DNA of 39,395 nt. It comes from a virus (taxonomy: Duplodnaviria > Caudoviricetes). Numbering within the stretch: the first letter of the stretch is position 1; each line of letters starts with the position of its first letter. Shown here in pieces: positions 1 through 8,974 of the stretch. The notes beneath the pieces were generated by a model that worked only from the letters and a program-made list of their open reading frames with translations, was not told the DNA's origin and did no database searches. Where the stretch lies: IMG/VR virus record IMGVR_UViG_3300040985_000999, positions 1-39,395 of that record. The stretch is one strand, 5' to 3'. The position numbers and the translations under genes are program-made.

Positions 1-8
1 GTGTGTGA

Positions 9-46
9 CGGACCCTTTATATAGGCCCGTCACACACTGACGTCAA
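9..46 (-). promoter_or_regulatory. Leftward sigma70-type promoter, copy 1 of conserved cassette
   Basis: Minus strand TTGACG-tcagtgtgtgacgggcc(17)-TATATA-aagggtccg; near-identical to 8134-8171 and 9625-9662; target gene lies outside the window. Confidence 0.7.
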
Positions 47-375
47 CCCCCATACAAATGGCTGCGCCACAGGCTCACGATGGGCATGTGGTTGTGCAGC
101 TCCGTCGGCTCTACATCTCCGACCTTGGATATCCAGCCCATCCGCTTCATGGCGTTGGGACCGGACACCCAAGTGTTGGGGTGGAGGGCGCGAGGAAGGA
201 TGACCCCTTCGAGGCGAGCCACCCGCCGGAAGCTATCCCCGGCGACCGTCTCATTGTTGATCAGGTGCCCCTCGCAGGCCGACAGGTAGGCGAGGACGAA
301 CTCCGGATTCTCGTCCATCGCCCGCTTCCAGCACTTCGCTGCCATCTCCATGGCCAGCTCCATACGCTCACTCAT
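43..375 (-). CDS. Hypothetical phage protein (110 aa, MSERMELA...)
   Basis: GGAGAGGAG SD upstream of ATG at 375; overlaps the end of the upstream ORF; start revised from the ORF track (477). Confidence 0.65.
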   Translation of the reverse strand: MSERMELAMEMAAKCWKRAMDENPEFVLAYLSACEGHLINNETVAGDSFRRVARLEGVILPRALHPNTWVSGPNAMKRMGWISKVGDVEPTELHNHMPIVSLWRSHLYGG

Positions 376-589
376 TGAACGTCTCCTCTCCCTTGTCAGC
401 GAGGTGCGGGGTTGTTTCGACCGAAAACCCGACGGGCGTCCTCTCATCGTCCCGTTGCCGACCTTTTGATAAATCATTGGTCACGAGGATGGCCTCGGCG
501 TGATCCACCGTTCTGGCCAGCGCACCATACTCATGCTTCTCACCGTATATTTTATGAAGCTTAATTGTCTCTCCCGTAAAATCGGTCAT
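368..589 (-). CDS. Hypothetical protein (73 aa)
   Basis: AGGAGGTTAAG SD directly after the polymerase stop codon. Confidence 0.7.
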   Translation of the reverse strand: MTDFTGETIKLHKIYGEKHEYGALARTVDHAEAILVTNDLSKGRQRDDERTPVGFSVETTPHLADKGEETFNE

Positions 590-598
590 CTTAACCTC

Positions 599-2401
599 CT
601 ACCCTAGTGCGGACCAACTCGGTCCAGTGCCGCCCTCCAGCAGATTTGCTGTCGGTGCGTTCGGAAACACGTCGAGGTAGCCCGCGATCATGTCATCTCG
701 CATGATCTGAAGGCATCTCTTCGCGTCGCTTGTCGCCGCCTCGTCGATCAAGGCGTCGTGAATAGTTGATAACATCCGGGTCATGGGCTGCTTGCCCGCC
801 GCCCGCTCCGCGTCGAGGGACGCCTTGTGTCGGGCGATGGCCTTGGCCATCACGCTCAACGCTCCCCTTTGTACGGGATAATTCGCGCATTTTGGGAGGT
901 CCGGTTTGCCCATGTAGATTGTTCCGCCATCGATACACCGCACGAACTTGGTGCGCTCGACCTCGTCGATGACCGCGTGGCGCAGGTTGAAGGCCTTGGG
1001 ATACCGGTCCTGCCAGAAGTCGATATAGTCCTGCGCGACGCCAATCGAGGTCCGCATGTTGACGGCGAGGCCGACGGCTCCCGATCCGTAGATGATGCCA
1101 AACGAGACGCCCTTCGCCTTCGACCGGGCGGCCTTGCCCTTCGGCGTGGTCTTGTCAATCTTGTGCCCGGCGATGACGGCGGCCACCTCGCTGTGAACAT
1201 CCCCCTCGACCATGTCCTGAAGTAGCTGCGTGTCCCCGCTCAAGAGCGCAAGGACACGCAGCTCGATGCCGCTGTAGTCCAGAGATACCAGACGACGTCC
1301 CAGCCCCGCCACGAACGAACTACGGACGCTCGTGAAGCTGCCGATTAGTTCTCGATCCTGCGGCATTTGCTGGAGGTTCGGCCCGGAGGAGCTGAACCGG
1401 CAGGTCTTGGCGGCGGCGATGTTGAACCGGGCGCGAATGCGCTTGTCCGGCGACACCTCCGCGTGGTTGATCAGGGTGACGCCAAACGAGCTTAAATACT
1501 TCGAGATCGTCTTGAACTCGGACAGGGCGTCGAAGGCTTTCTCCAGAGGCGTGCCGGGCACGCTGCCCGCCAGCATCTTGAGCGTCGCCGTCTTCATCGA
1601 GAGCTGCCCTGTCTTCTCTGTGCGGGGCCAACCGGCAAGGAAGTGGTCCGGCATCCGGGCCGCGAAATAATCCGACCACTGGCTGTCGCTGGTGAGCTTG
1701 GCGACCTCGGTCTCCGGCACCAGCCGCCGGATGCGTTTGATCCGCAGCGCCTTCACCTTCTCCCACTCGGTCACCAGTTTCATGTGGGTCTTTGGGTTGA
1801 GCAACATCCCGGTGTCCTCCATCTCGATGACGGCGGGCACCATGTCGTTCAGCATGTGGAACCCCAGCCAGTGGTCCCGGTCGGCCTGCTTGGCCCAGTG
1901 ATACCAGCACGCCCATGTGTGGTGCGCGTCGCCATAGGCATAGTCGAGCTGCTTCTTGGTGAGGACCTTCGCGCCCCAGTCGCTGTTCTGCTCCTCCTTT
2001 GACAAATCAATATCAAGGTCCCAGAGGATGAGCTGCTTGAGCCGGTAGTTCCCACCGCCAAGGATGGCGTGGCGGAGGTGCGCGAGGTCGAAGCACTTCG
2101 CGTCAGCGCCTGCGTCTTGGAACCAACGCAGTTCGAACCCGGCGTTATAGACGATCCATGTCCCGCCCTCGAAGAGCTTGGCGACGGCTCGGAAGCCACC
2201 CTTGATCCGGTCGAAATCGACGAGGTAGTGGCAGCCCTTCCGGTTGCATAGACTGACCAACCGGACCCGGCCCTCGGCGGGTCGGAGACTGGTGGTCTCG
2301 AAATCCAGCGCGGTCTCGCCTGATTTGATGCAGTGCTTCAGCGCCCGTTTCAGGTCGCGTTTGTTTGACACCATCCGGTATTTTAGTTTAGACACTGACA
2401 T
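599..2401 (-). CDS. Family A DNA polymerase with 3'-5' exonuclease domain
   Basis: ExoI LDFETT, ExoII YNAGFE, ExoIII YAYGD; motif A LDYSGIELR, motif B RSKAKGVSFGIIYG, motif C TIHDAL; SD AGGAGG. Confidence 0.95.
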   Translation of the reverse strand: MSVSKLKYRMVSNKRDLKRALKHCIKSGETALDFETTSLRPAEGRVRLVSLCNRKGCHYLVDFDRIKGGFRAVAKLFEGGTWIVYNAGFELRWFQDAGADAKCFDLAHLRHAILGGGNYRLKQLILWDLDIDLSKEEQNSDWGAKVLTKKQLDYAYGDAHHTWACWYHWAKQADRDHWLGFHMLNDMVPAVIEMEDTGMLLNPKTHMKLVTEWEKVKALRIKRIRRLVPETEVAKLTSDSQWSDYFAARMPDHFLAGWPRTEKTGQLSMKTATLKMLAGSVPGTPLEKAFDALSEFKTISKYLSSFGVTLINHAEVSPDKRIRARFNIAAAKTCRFSSSGPNLQQMPQDRELIGSFTSVRSSFVAGLGRRLVSLDYSGIELRVLALLSGDTQLLQDMVEGDVHSEVAAVIAGHKIDKTTPKGKAARSKAKGVSFGIIYGSGAVGLAVNMRTSIGVAQDYIDFWQDRYPKAFNLRHAVIDEVERTKFVRCIDGGTIYMGKPDLPKCANYPVQRGALSVMAKAIARHKASLDAERAAGKQPMTRMLSTIHDALIDEAATSDAKRCLQIMRDDMIAGYLDVFPNAPTANLLEGGTGPSWSALG

Positions 2402-2473
2402 GCAGCTTAACCTCCTGCAAAATTGACAGCTACCCTGTCCCCAAGATAGCCGATAGCCGATAAACTGAAGAGC

Positions 2474-2512
2474 TGCCCCGCCACCCGCAAGGATGGCGGG
2501 GCAATTCTTTTT
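2474..2512 (+). terminator. GC-rich hairpin with T-tract on the plus strand (intrinsic terminator-like, antisense to flanking genes)
   Basis: TGCCCCGCCA-CCCGCAAGGA-TGGCGGGGCA followed by ATTCTTTTT. Confidence 0.65.
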
Positions 2513-2515
2513 GCC

Positions 2516-3247
2516 CTACCGTTTGAGGCGGGTCCTTGGGGACTTTTCGTCCTTCTTGGCGGCACGTCTGCCCGCCTTCTTCTTGGGTTGGTCACCCTCA
2601 AGCAAAGCGTCCAAGTCCATCTCCTCCGCGAAGAAAGCGTTCATCGCGTCCCGCGTCAGCCACCGGTCCACGTCGAGAACCGGCTTGTAGTTGAGCTTCT
2701 CCTGCGCGGTGAACTCCTCCGACAAGAAAACGAACGCCGGGATGTTCGGCTCCTTCGCCAACATCCGCACGCGGCTGGCGTCCATCAAGTCGGAGATCGA
2801 GTTCCGGCCTGACTTCGAGGTCGAGGAGAATTTGACCTGCGTCAGCAACGCGTCAGCCGACACGCAGCCAAAGCCGAGCATGGCCGACCAGCCATCGCCG
2901 CTGTCGGCCCGGTAGGGGCCATGGTCTTCGAGGTCGGCCTTGGCCACCGCCTTCTCCGGCTGGTAGATCGACCACTCGACACGACCGACCGGCTTCGATC
3001 CCTTCCAGCACACCCAACCGGCAACGAGGCTCTTCGGCTCCATGATGTAGAGCTGATCCGGGTCGATGCCATCCTTGTTCCGGCCCAGCGCGTAGACGTT
3101 GGTCTTGCCGGAAAACGACAGGAACTGCGTGCCGTCGGAGCTGCCACCCATATCGTTGGTCGCATTCTCCATGGCATCAGCCATTTGCTGGTCGGACAGC
3201 GCGGGCAGATCAGCGCCACCGAGATACTTACTTAGATCGTTCGTCAT
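2516..3247 (-). CDS. Putative phage ssDNA-binding/annealing protein
   Basis: Lies between exonuclease and polymerase; FLSFSGKT and GWVCWKG motifs, charged C-terminus; AAGGA SD favours start at 3247 (alternative 3262). Confidence 0.6.
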   Translation of the reverse strand: MTNDLSKYLGGADLPALSDQQMADAMENATNDMGGSSDGTQFLSFSGKTNVYALGRNKDGIDPDQLYIMEPKSLVAGWVCWKGSKPVGRVEWSIYQPEKAVAKADLEDHGPYRADSGDGWSAMLGFGCVSADALLTQVKFSSTSKSGRNSISDLMDASRVRMLAKEPNIPAFVFLSEEFTAQEKLNYKPVLDVDRWLTRDAMNAFFAEEMDLDALLEGDQPKKKAGRRAAKKDEKSPRTRLKR

Positions 3248-3280
3248 TCTAGTTTCCTTCATTCTACTGGTTAATGGGGA

Positions 3281-4282
3281 TTAGCCCCGTGAGACAGTCA
3301 GCGCCTCGGATGGATTGCCGACTGTTTGGAAGGGCGTCAGGTCGATGCCTGCCGCCTTCACCGCCTTCGCGTCGAGCGAAGTGCGACCTTTGCGCGTTGT
3401 CAGTGTCACCGTAATGTCACCGACAATCGCCTTGTTCGTCTTGCGGGTCTTCAGGCCGAGCTTGATGTCCTCGGCAATTGACGCCTTCTCAACCTTCAGC
3501 GCATCCTCGGCTGTCTTGATCTCCATGTAGCGGACAGCGGAGGCGTCGAAGGATGAGCCGCGATTGGCCTTTGTGCGACTAGACGCACTCTCCTCGTTGA
3601 CGCCACAGACCTTCTTGAAGGCGCACATGGACTGGCACTCACGCCCGCCGTTGCGCTTCCCCTCGCGATCCAGACCGGCGACGTTCCGGGTCCGCAGAAC
3701 CTTCCGCGCCCTCTTGGCCATACGGTCGAGGATGGCACCATCGAACGGCACCTCGAACTGGATGATGTCGTCGAAGTTGCTGGCGTCCATGTAGACGAGG
3801 ATGCCGCTCTTCAGCGCCACGTCGGCGGGACGGGCGACGTGCTTGTCCACCAAGGCCATGCCGATCTGGAGCTGGGTGACGTGTTCCAGTTTGGGGAGGT
3901 TGGCCCTGTTGGTCCGGGGATCAATCGTCTTGATCTCAAGGCCATGCCACTCGTCGTCATAGACGATGAGGTCATCAGGCGTCGCGCTAATTTTGAGGTC
4001 GTCGTCCTGAATGGACAGCGCCTCGTCCGCGTCTCCCACGAACAGCGGCACGTTGGCCCGGCGCAGGTTGTCGATGACGTAGCTCTCGCCGTGGCTGCCC
4101 CTCCGGGCGTACCCCCAGTTCTGGGCCTCGGCCTGTTTCGGAGCGTGCTTGTCGAACCACTGCTTACGGATGCAGCTCGCGGCCTCCGACGCGTTCAGGT
4201 ACTTCGAGCGGTCGAAGTCGAACTTGTTTTTCTCGATGGTCTGCACGCCTCGGATGACGCTGCTCTTGATGTCGATTTTCAT
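3281..4282 (-). CDS. Cas4-like PD-(D/E)xK exonuclease with Fe-S cysteines
   Basis: N-terminal SCIRK, TPD...LEIKT, QLQIGM, C-terminal CQSMCAFKKVC; GGAG SD and ATGA overlap support start at 4282. Confidence 0.8.
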   Translation of the reverse strand: MKIDIKSSVIRGVQTIEKNKFDFDRSKYLNASEAASCIRKQWFDKHAPKQAEAQNWGYARRGSHGESYVIDNLRRANVPLFVGDADEALSIQDDDLKISATPDDLIVYDDEWHGLEIKTIDPRTNRANLPKLEHVTQLQIGMALVDKHVARPADVALKSGILVYMDASNFDDIIQFEVPFDGAILDRMAKRARKVLRTRNVAGLDREGKRNGGRECQSMCAFKKVCGVNEESASSRTKANRGSSFDASAVRYMEIKTAEDALKVEKASIAEDIKLGLKTRKTNKAIVGDITVTLTTRKGRTSLDAKAVKAAGIDLTPFQTVGNPSEALTVSRG

Positions 4283-4611
4283 CGTTTTCTCCAGTACAGT
4301 GAAAAGCAAATCTTGGTGTATTGACAATGAGCGAGCGCCACCGCCTCCGCCTCATTGTCCGACCAGACGAGAGGCGGATTGATCTGCCGCTCGGCCATCG
4401 CCAGTATACTGCCGGACAACTTCTCGATCTTCTCGATATACTTGGCATCCTCGGCTCGGTACATGGCCGACGTTCGTTGAGCGCGGGCGAGGTCCTCTTC
4501 CAGTTGCTCGATCTGGTCACCTTGAAGGGTGACGACAAGGTTCAGCTCATCCACGCGGGTGGATAATAGCTCACTACGCTCTAAGGCCAGCGCCTGTTCG
4601 CGGGGCGTCAT
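4279..4611 (-). CDS. Hypothetical coiled-coil protein (110 aa)
   Basis: ATGA overlaps with the genes on both sides; heptad-like L/E/Q/R-rich sequence. Confidence 0.7.
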   Translation of the reverse strand: MTPREQALALERSELLSTRVDELNLVVTLQGDQIEQLEEDLARAQRTSAMYRAEDAKYIEKIEKLSGSILAMAERQINPPLVWSDNEAEAVALAHCQYTKICFSLYWRKR

Positions 4612-5987
4612 GCTGGCTCTCCTTGGTCGAGTAGCTTGCGGTGGTTGGCGGCCTTGCGCCCGCTGATCCCGGCGACGGCCTTGTCGATCTTGGTGTCGCT
4701 CTGGAAGATATCGACGTGGACGTGCTGGGTCTGCCCGATCCGGTGAACGCGAGCGAAGAATTGATCCATGATGTCGGGGGAGAAGTCCTCCTCGACGCAG
4801 ACCACATGGGCACCGGCGGTCAGGGTGATGGCGACGCCCATCGCCGCGATCTGCCCGATCAGGATGTCCAGCTCACCGGCCTGAAAGGCGGCGATGAAAC
4901 CATCACGGTTTTCCCTATTGGTGCGCCCGTCGATGACGGCGACGCGGAGGGGCCGCTTATTCCCCTCGGTCGCGACGCCTATGGTCATCGCCCCCAGTTC
5001 GCGGTGGAGCGCGTCGATGACGTCCGTATGCCACGCACCCACCAAGATGGGACCATTGCCCTCCAGCACGCGCTGGGCGATCTCCGCGACCGACGCCTTG
5101 ACCTTGGCGACGCCGAGGTGACGGCGGATGGTGGCCAAGTTCACATCCTTGGGTTCCTTACTCGGAGACTGGAGGCCTGCCCTGATGTCGTCGAGGCTCA
5201 TCTTGTCGGTCTTCTGGAGGAGCTGCTTGAGGCCGGGGATGTCCTCCAACTTCACGGTCAGCCGATTGATGGTGATCGGGGGCATCGCGTCCCAGACTTC
5301 CTTCAGCTCACGCCGGACGGCGGGGCCGTTGAAGAGCATCTCGTTCAGCTCCGGCGTGTTCCTGTCCCCCACGGTAACCACCGTGGGGAACCGCTGGCGA
5401 GCGGAGAATTTCTTTTTCTGGGTGATGCAGTAGCGGAGCCGGAACCGGTTGAAGTCCAGCGAACCGATCTTCTCCTTGAGCGCCGGGGCAGCGGCCCGGC
5501 AGAGGAAGGAGAACAGATCGTCGTTGTACCGCGTCGATGGCGTACCGGTAAGGCACCATGTGTACTGGACGCTCTCGCACAGGCCGTGCTTGCCGAGGGT
5601 GGCGGCGGTGCGTTTTGCGCTGATATTCTTGAGCGCGTGGCTCTCATCACAGATGAGGATGTTGGCTCCCAGCGACTTCAGCTCGTCTCGGCGCTTGGTC
5701 GCGAAATCGTAGGACATGATCAGGGCGGCGGCGTTCAGGTCCAGCGGCGACTTACCTGTCTTGACGATGTGCGCGGGTGCGCCGACCTCCGCCTCGAACT
5801 CGGCCTTCCACATGGTCAGCGAGATGGGTGGGCCAACGATGATGGTCAGCCGGGGCTTTATGATGCGGATGGCTTCGAGGGCGGTCAGGGTCTTGCCTGA
5901 TCCCATGCCCGAAAAGTTTCCGCGCACGCCGGGTTCGGCGGCCAGAAATTTGGCGTCCTCGATTTGGTGGGGTAGCAGCGTTTTCAT
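4608..5987 (-). CDS. SNF2-like superfamily 2 helicase
   Basis: LLPHQ Q-motif, GMGSGKT Walker A, ICDESH, LTGTP, QFFARVHRIGQ; CAGGAGG SD before ATG 5987. Confidence 0.9.
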   Translation of the reverse strand: MKTLLPHQIEDAKFLAAEPGVRGNFSGMGSGKTLTALEAIRIIKPRLTIIVGPPISLTMWKAEFEAEVGAPAHIVKTGKSPLDLNAAALIMSYDFATKRRDELKSLGANILICDESHALKNISAKRTAATLGKHGLCESVQYTWCLTGTPSTRYNDDLFSFLCRAAAPALKEKIGSLDFNRFRLRYCITQKKKFSARQRFPTVVTVGDRNTPELNEMLFNGPAVRRELKEVWDAMPPITINRLTVKLEDIPGLKQLLQKTDKMSLDDIRAGLQSPSKEPKDVNLATIRRHLGVAKVKASVAEIAQRVLEGNGPILVGAWHTDVIDALHRELGAMTIGVATEGNKRPLRVAVIDGRTNRENRDGFIAAFQAGELDILIGQIAAMGVAITLTAGAHVVCVEEDFSPDIMDQFFARVHRIGQTQHVHVDIFQSDTKIDKAVAGISGRKAANHRKLLDQGEPA

Positions 5988-6011
5988 ATCAACCTCCTGA
6001 ATGAACGTCAG

Positions 6012-6040
6012 GGAATACACCCTGTGATTAAACCTGTCAA
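6012..6040 (-). promoter_or_regulatory. Sigma70-type promoter for the replication operon
   Basis: Minus strand TTGACA-N17-TATTCC about 25 nt upstream of the helicase start. Confidence 0.65.
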
Positions 6041-6045
6041 CCGCG

Positions 6046-6579
6046 TCAGTGTACGACGTGGGGTATCTCCTTGACCATGTACATCAGCATACCGTTCTGG
6101 TGCCGTCCTCGCTTGGTCTGCCAGCGGCGGCCCGTGGACACAAACTCGTAGCCGTCGTCGCTGACCGGCAACAAGGCGTCAACGCGGGCCTCGGCCCACG
6201 GCGCGGTCCATGTCTTGGCCTCGATGGTCCTGAACTCGGCCACGCTGACGGCGTCCTTCCGGGCCATCCAACCGGACGTGTCGAGCTGGCCCAGACGCCG
6301 GGCGAACAGGATGAGGTCGTCGATGATGTCGAGCGTCCACCCCTCCTGCACGGCGAGGTCTTTCCATGGTGTCCAGCCCGCCTCATCCAGCCCGATCCGC
6401 ACATGGGGTATTTTGGTGCGGTTGGTTGAGTTGCATATGGCGACGGTCTTGTCTCCGCGTGGGTCGGTCGTGGCCCAGACAAAATCCTTCGGCCACTTCT
6501 TGGCCGCGCCGGTCGGGACCAGCTCGCCGGTCATTAAAATGTAGGGCAGATGCCCCAAGCTCGTATGGTGGTAGATCAT
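6046..6579 (-). CDS. Putative ADP-ribosyltransferase-fold protein
   Basis: N-terminal YHHTSLGHLPYILMTGEL followed by FVWATT resembles the H-x-T...ILxxG-L and aromatic-S/T strands of ART-fold (DarT-like) proteins; ATGA overlap. Confidence 0.5.
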   Translation of the reverse strand: MIYHHTSLGHLPYILMTGELVPTGAAKKWPKDFVWATTDPRGDKTVAICNSTNRTKIPHVRIGLDEAGWTPWKDLAVQEGWTLDIIDDLILFARRLGQLDTSGWMARKDAVSVAEFRTIEAKTWTAPWAEARVDALLPVSDDGYEFVSTGRRWQTKRGRHQNGMLMYMVKEIPHVVH

Positions 6580-7238
6580 TCGGTTAGCTCCCTAAACCTC
6601 AAGTGATGAACGGCTTCGTTTAAAAGCAGGACGGCGGCCTGCCGGTTCGAGCAAAGATCGGTCATGTAGCTGACGCACAACAGCATCGGACAGTGCTGAT
6701 CGAGGTGGGCGCGTGCATACCAGCGAGCAGCGTCCTTCGCCGCGCCATCGACGATCACGATGGGCCGCTTCATATCCCCGACCTCACTGGCGTACATCTC
6801 GGCGGTCGCCCGGTGCTTCCGCACTCGCTCAATATAACGGGCCCCGCGGGCTAGGTGGACCTGCGTGAAGAACTCGTTATCCCGACGTCGTGCAGTCCAC
6901 CTATCCGCCCGATCCTTCTTCAACCGGTCCTTGGTCTCTTGGATATGCTTGACGGCGGCGAGGACCGGCTTGCGGGCGTCGCGGCGTGTCAGGTAATTCC
7001 GCTCGGCCCAGTCCTCGTAGGTCTCGTCTACGCAGCCGGTGTCATAGCTCACGTCCAGCACCGGGTTCTCGACGTCCTGATGCGTCCCGGTGACGAGCAG
7101 GCTATCGACGAACGTGTCTTGTTCCTCGACGGTCGGGTGCATCAGGGCCGCCTCATCCGCGTAAAAGGTCCTCATGGAGGCCCACCACCGGCGTCGCGAT
7201 GACGCCGTGTGGTGGGCCACTGGGCTTTGCGTAGGCAC
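6576..7238 (-). CDS. Hypothetical protein (start uncertain: GTG 7238, ATG 7175 or 7142)
   Basis: Fills the gap between ardC and the next gene, with stop/start overlaps at both ends. Confidence 0.6.
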   Translation of the reverse strand: MPTQSPVAHHTASSRRRWWASMRTFYADEAALMHPTVEEQDTFVDSLLVTGTHQDVENPVLDVSYDTGCVDETYEDWAERNYLTRRDARKPVLAAVKHIQETKDRLKKDRADRWTARRRDNEFFTQVHLARGARYIERVRKHRATAEMYASEVGDMKRPIVIVDGAAKDAARWYARAHLDQHCPMLLCVSYMTDLCSNRQAAVLLLNEAVHHLRFRELTE

Positions 7239-8104
7239 TAGGCCGCCTCCTCGATCTCGACGGCGCTGTAGCCGTCGAGGTGATCGACGGCGGCCTGCGC
7301 CTTGGTCGCCGCAGCGAAGATGAACTTCTTGTCGTCGTTCAGACGACCGAGCCAGTTGGCGATGTAGGACGCGTGATCGGCACGCGGGCTGTTCTCGACA
7401 CCCAGCGCAGCGCAGAGGTAGGCCGCGCCCAGCTCGGCCACCAGCTCTTCCTTGGCGTAGTCCTTGGTCCCGTTGCTGTTCGCGAAGTTGCGGTCGCAGC
7501 GGCTCTTGTGGCCCGTCCAGTGGGTCAGCTCGTGCAGGGCCGTGCCGTAGTAGCCAGCGCCGTCGTCGAAGGCGTCGAAGTTGGGGAGCTGGATGCTGTC
7601 AGGACCCGGCGCGTAGTAAGCCCGATTACCACCGTGAGTGATGACAGCGCCGGTGGCCGCGATGTAGTCGTCCGCGACGGCGTTGCGGTCGTTGCGGTCC
7701 ACGACCGGCACGGCCTTGGGGTAGAACTTCTCCGGCAGACCATCGATCTGCTCGGCGTTGAATACGTTATAGTGGCGGATCAGGGGGATGGTCTTCTCTT
7801 CCTTGGTCACCCGGTCCTCGACCTTGAAGGGTTTGAAGAAGGTGACCAGCGTGCCCTTCTCGCCGCCTTTGACCTGACCGCCGAGAGCGGAGGCCTGCTT
7901 GTAGGTGAACCAGTGGGGGCAGCTCCGGCCTTGGAGGCCGAGGAGCAGGACGTTGATCCCGCGATAAGGCGTGCCGCAGGAGCGGAGGGGAATGCCGCCG
8001 CCGCTGACGGCCCAGTTTTTCTGCCAAGGAACAACGCCCGCTTCGATGCTGGCGATGATGGAGTTGGTCACTTCTTGGTAGATGTCTCTTTTCGCTTTAG
8101 CCAT
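7238..8104 (-). CDS. ardC: ArdC-family anti-restriction ssDNA-binding protein with C-terminal zincin-like domain
   Basis: YQEVTNSII..IEAGVVPWQKNW, YRGINVLLL, WFTYKQA..LGGQVKGGEKG, YNVFNAEQIDGL, LHELTHWTGHKSR, YAKEELVAELGAA, HASYIANWL. Confidence 0.92.
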   Translation of the reverse strand: MAKAKRDIYQEVTNSIIASIEAGVVPWQKNWAVSGGGIPLRSCGTPYRGINVLLLGLQGRSCPHWFTYKQASALGGQVKGGEKGTLVTFFKPFKVEDRVTKEEKTIPLIRHYNVFNAEQIDGLPEKFYPKAVPVVDRNDRNAVADDYIAATGAVITHGGNRAYYAPGPDSIQLPNFDAFDDGAGYYGTALHELTHWTGHKSRCDRNFANSNGTKDYAKEELVAELGAAYLCAALGVENSPRADHASYIANWLGRLNDDKKFIFAAATKAQAAVDHLDGYSAVEIEEAA

Positions 8105-8171
8105 GATCGTGTCTCCGTTGGGTTAATGAAGGTCGGACCCCTTAAATAGGCTCGTCACGCACTGACGTCGA
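8102..8171 (-). promoter_or_regulatory. Conserved promoter-leader-RBS cassette, copy 2
   Basis: TCGACG-tcagtgcgtgacgagcc-TATTTA-aggggtccgac..ttcatt..aacggagacacgatc-ATG. Confidence 0.7.
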
Positions 8172-8364
8172 CCCCTCACGTAGAAAATAATTTGGCGGGT
8201 GATCAGATTACAGCATCCATCTCAACAACCCCTCGCAAATCGGGTGCATCGATCTGACCTCTCTCCGGTTGCGTGACCCTGCTGGACAGGGCGGAGACCA
8301 CCGGCTACCCATGACGCCGCCAAGCGCCGAGGGACGATATCCCTACATGCGAGGGTATCTCGTT

Positions 8365-8661
8365 TTAAACGTGGGGCAGTCCTCGACCACCCGGATTGTA
8401 TGGTTCCATGTCAGCGGCGGCTTTGCAAATGCCCGCGTTCCGCAGATCATAATTCTGGGACTGGCCGTCGCCCCCCCACTGGGAGAGCAGCTCAAGAACG
8501 ACGCGGCCCACGTTTTGCTGGAGGGTCCGGTGTTCTCGCCTGATCTCCTTCGCGAAGGTCTCGGCGTCGAAGCCCATCTCGTTGACGGCGGCGGTGAAGG
8601 CCTGCGCGGCGGCAACGGCTCGCTCGCGTTTGGCTTTGTTGATGTCGGTGAAGTTAGTCAT
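8365..8661 (-). CDS. Hypothetical protein (98 aa)
   Basis: AAGGA SD; overlaps the upstream gene; phage-like codon use. Confidence 0.7.
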   Translation of the reverse strand: MTNFTDINKAKRERAVAAAQAFTAAVNEMGFDAETFAKEIRREHRTLQQNVGRVVLELLSQWGGDGQSQNYDLRNAGICKAAADMEPYNPGGRGLPHV

Positions 8662-8974
8662 TGTCGTTATCCTTTTTCAAATCATCTCGGTTATACCCTT
8701 CGTCCTGACGGTCCTCGTCCAGCACCTCCCGCGCCAGCGCCAGCACCCAAAGGCTGATGACCTTTTGGGGCATGGGCCGGAGCAGCTCGGTGACGGCGAG
8801 CTTGAGGATGAGCGCCTGATAGCTGGGGGGCAGGCTGTCCATGCCGGTCAGTATACCCTCCGCGATCTTGCGGCCCCGCCTGACCCACTCGACGAGGTCC
8901 GGGTCCATCCTGCCTGTGGCGTCGGCCTTGAGGTCGTTCACCAGATCGCGAAACCTATCGTTCTTGCTACTCAT
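8654..8974 (-). CDS. Hypothetical protein (106 aa)
   Basis: GGAGGTG SD upstream of ATG. Confidence 0.7.
   Translation of the reverse strand: MSSKNDRFRDLVNDLKADATGRMDPDLVEWVRRGRKIAEGILTGMDSLPPSYQALILKLAVTELLRPMPQKVISLWVLALAREVLDEDRQDEGYNRDDLKKDNDND

Noticed and set aside
3281-4282. Cas4-like gene as part of a CRISPR system
   Set aside because: No repeat-spacer array or other cas genes; solo Cas4-like nucleases are routine in phage replication modules
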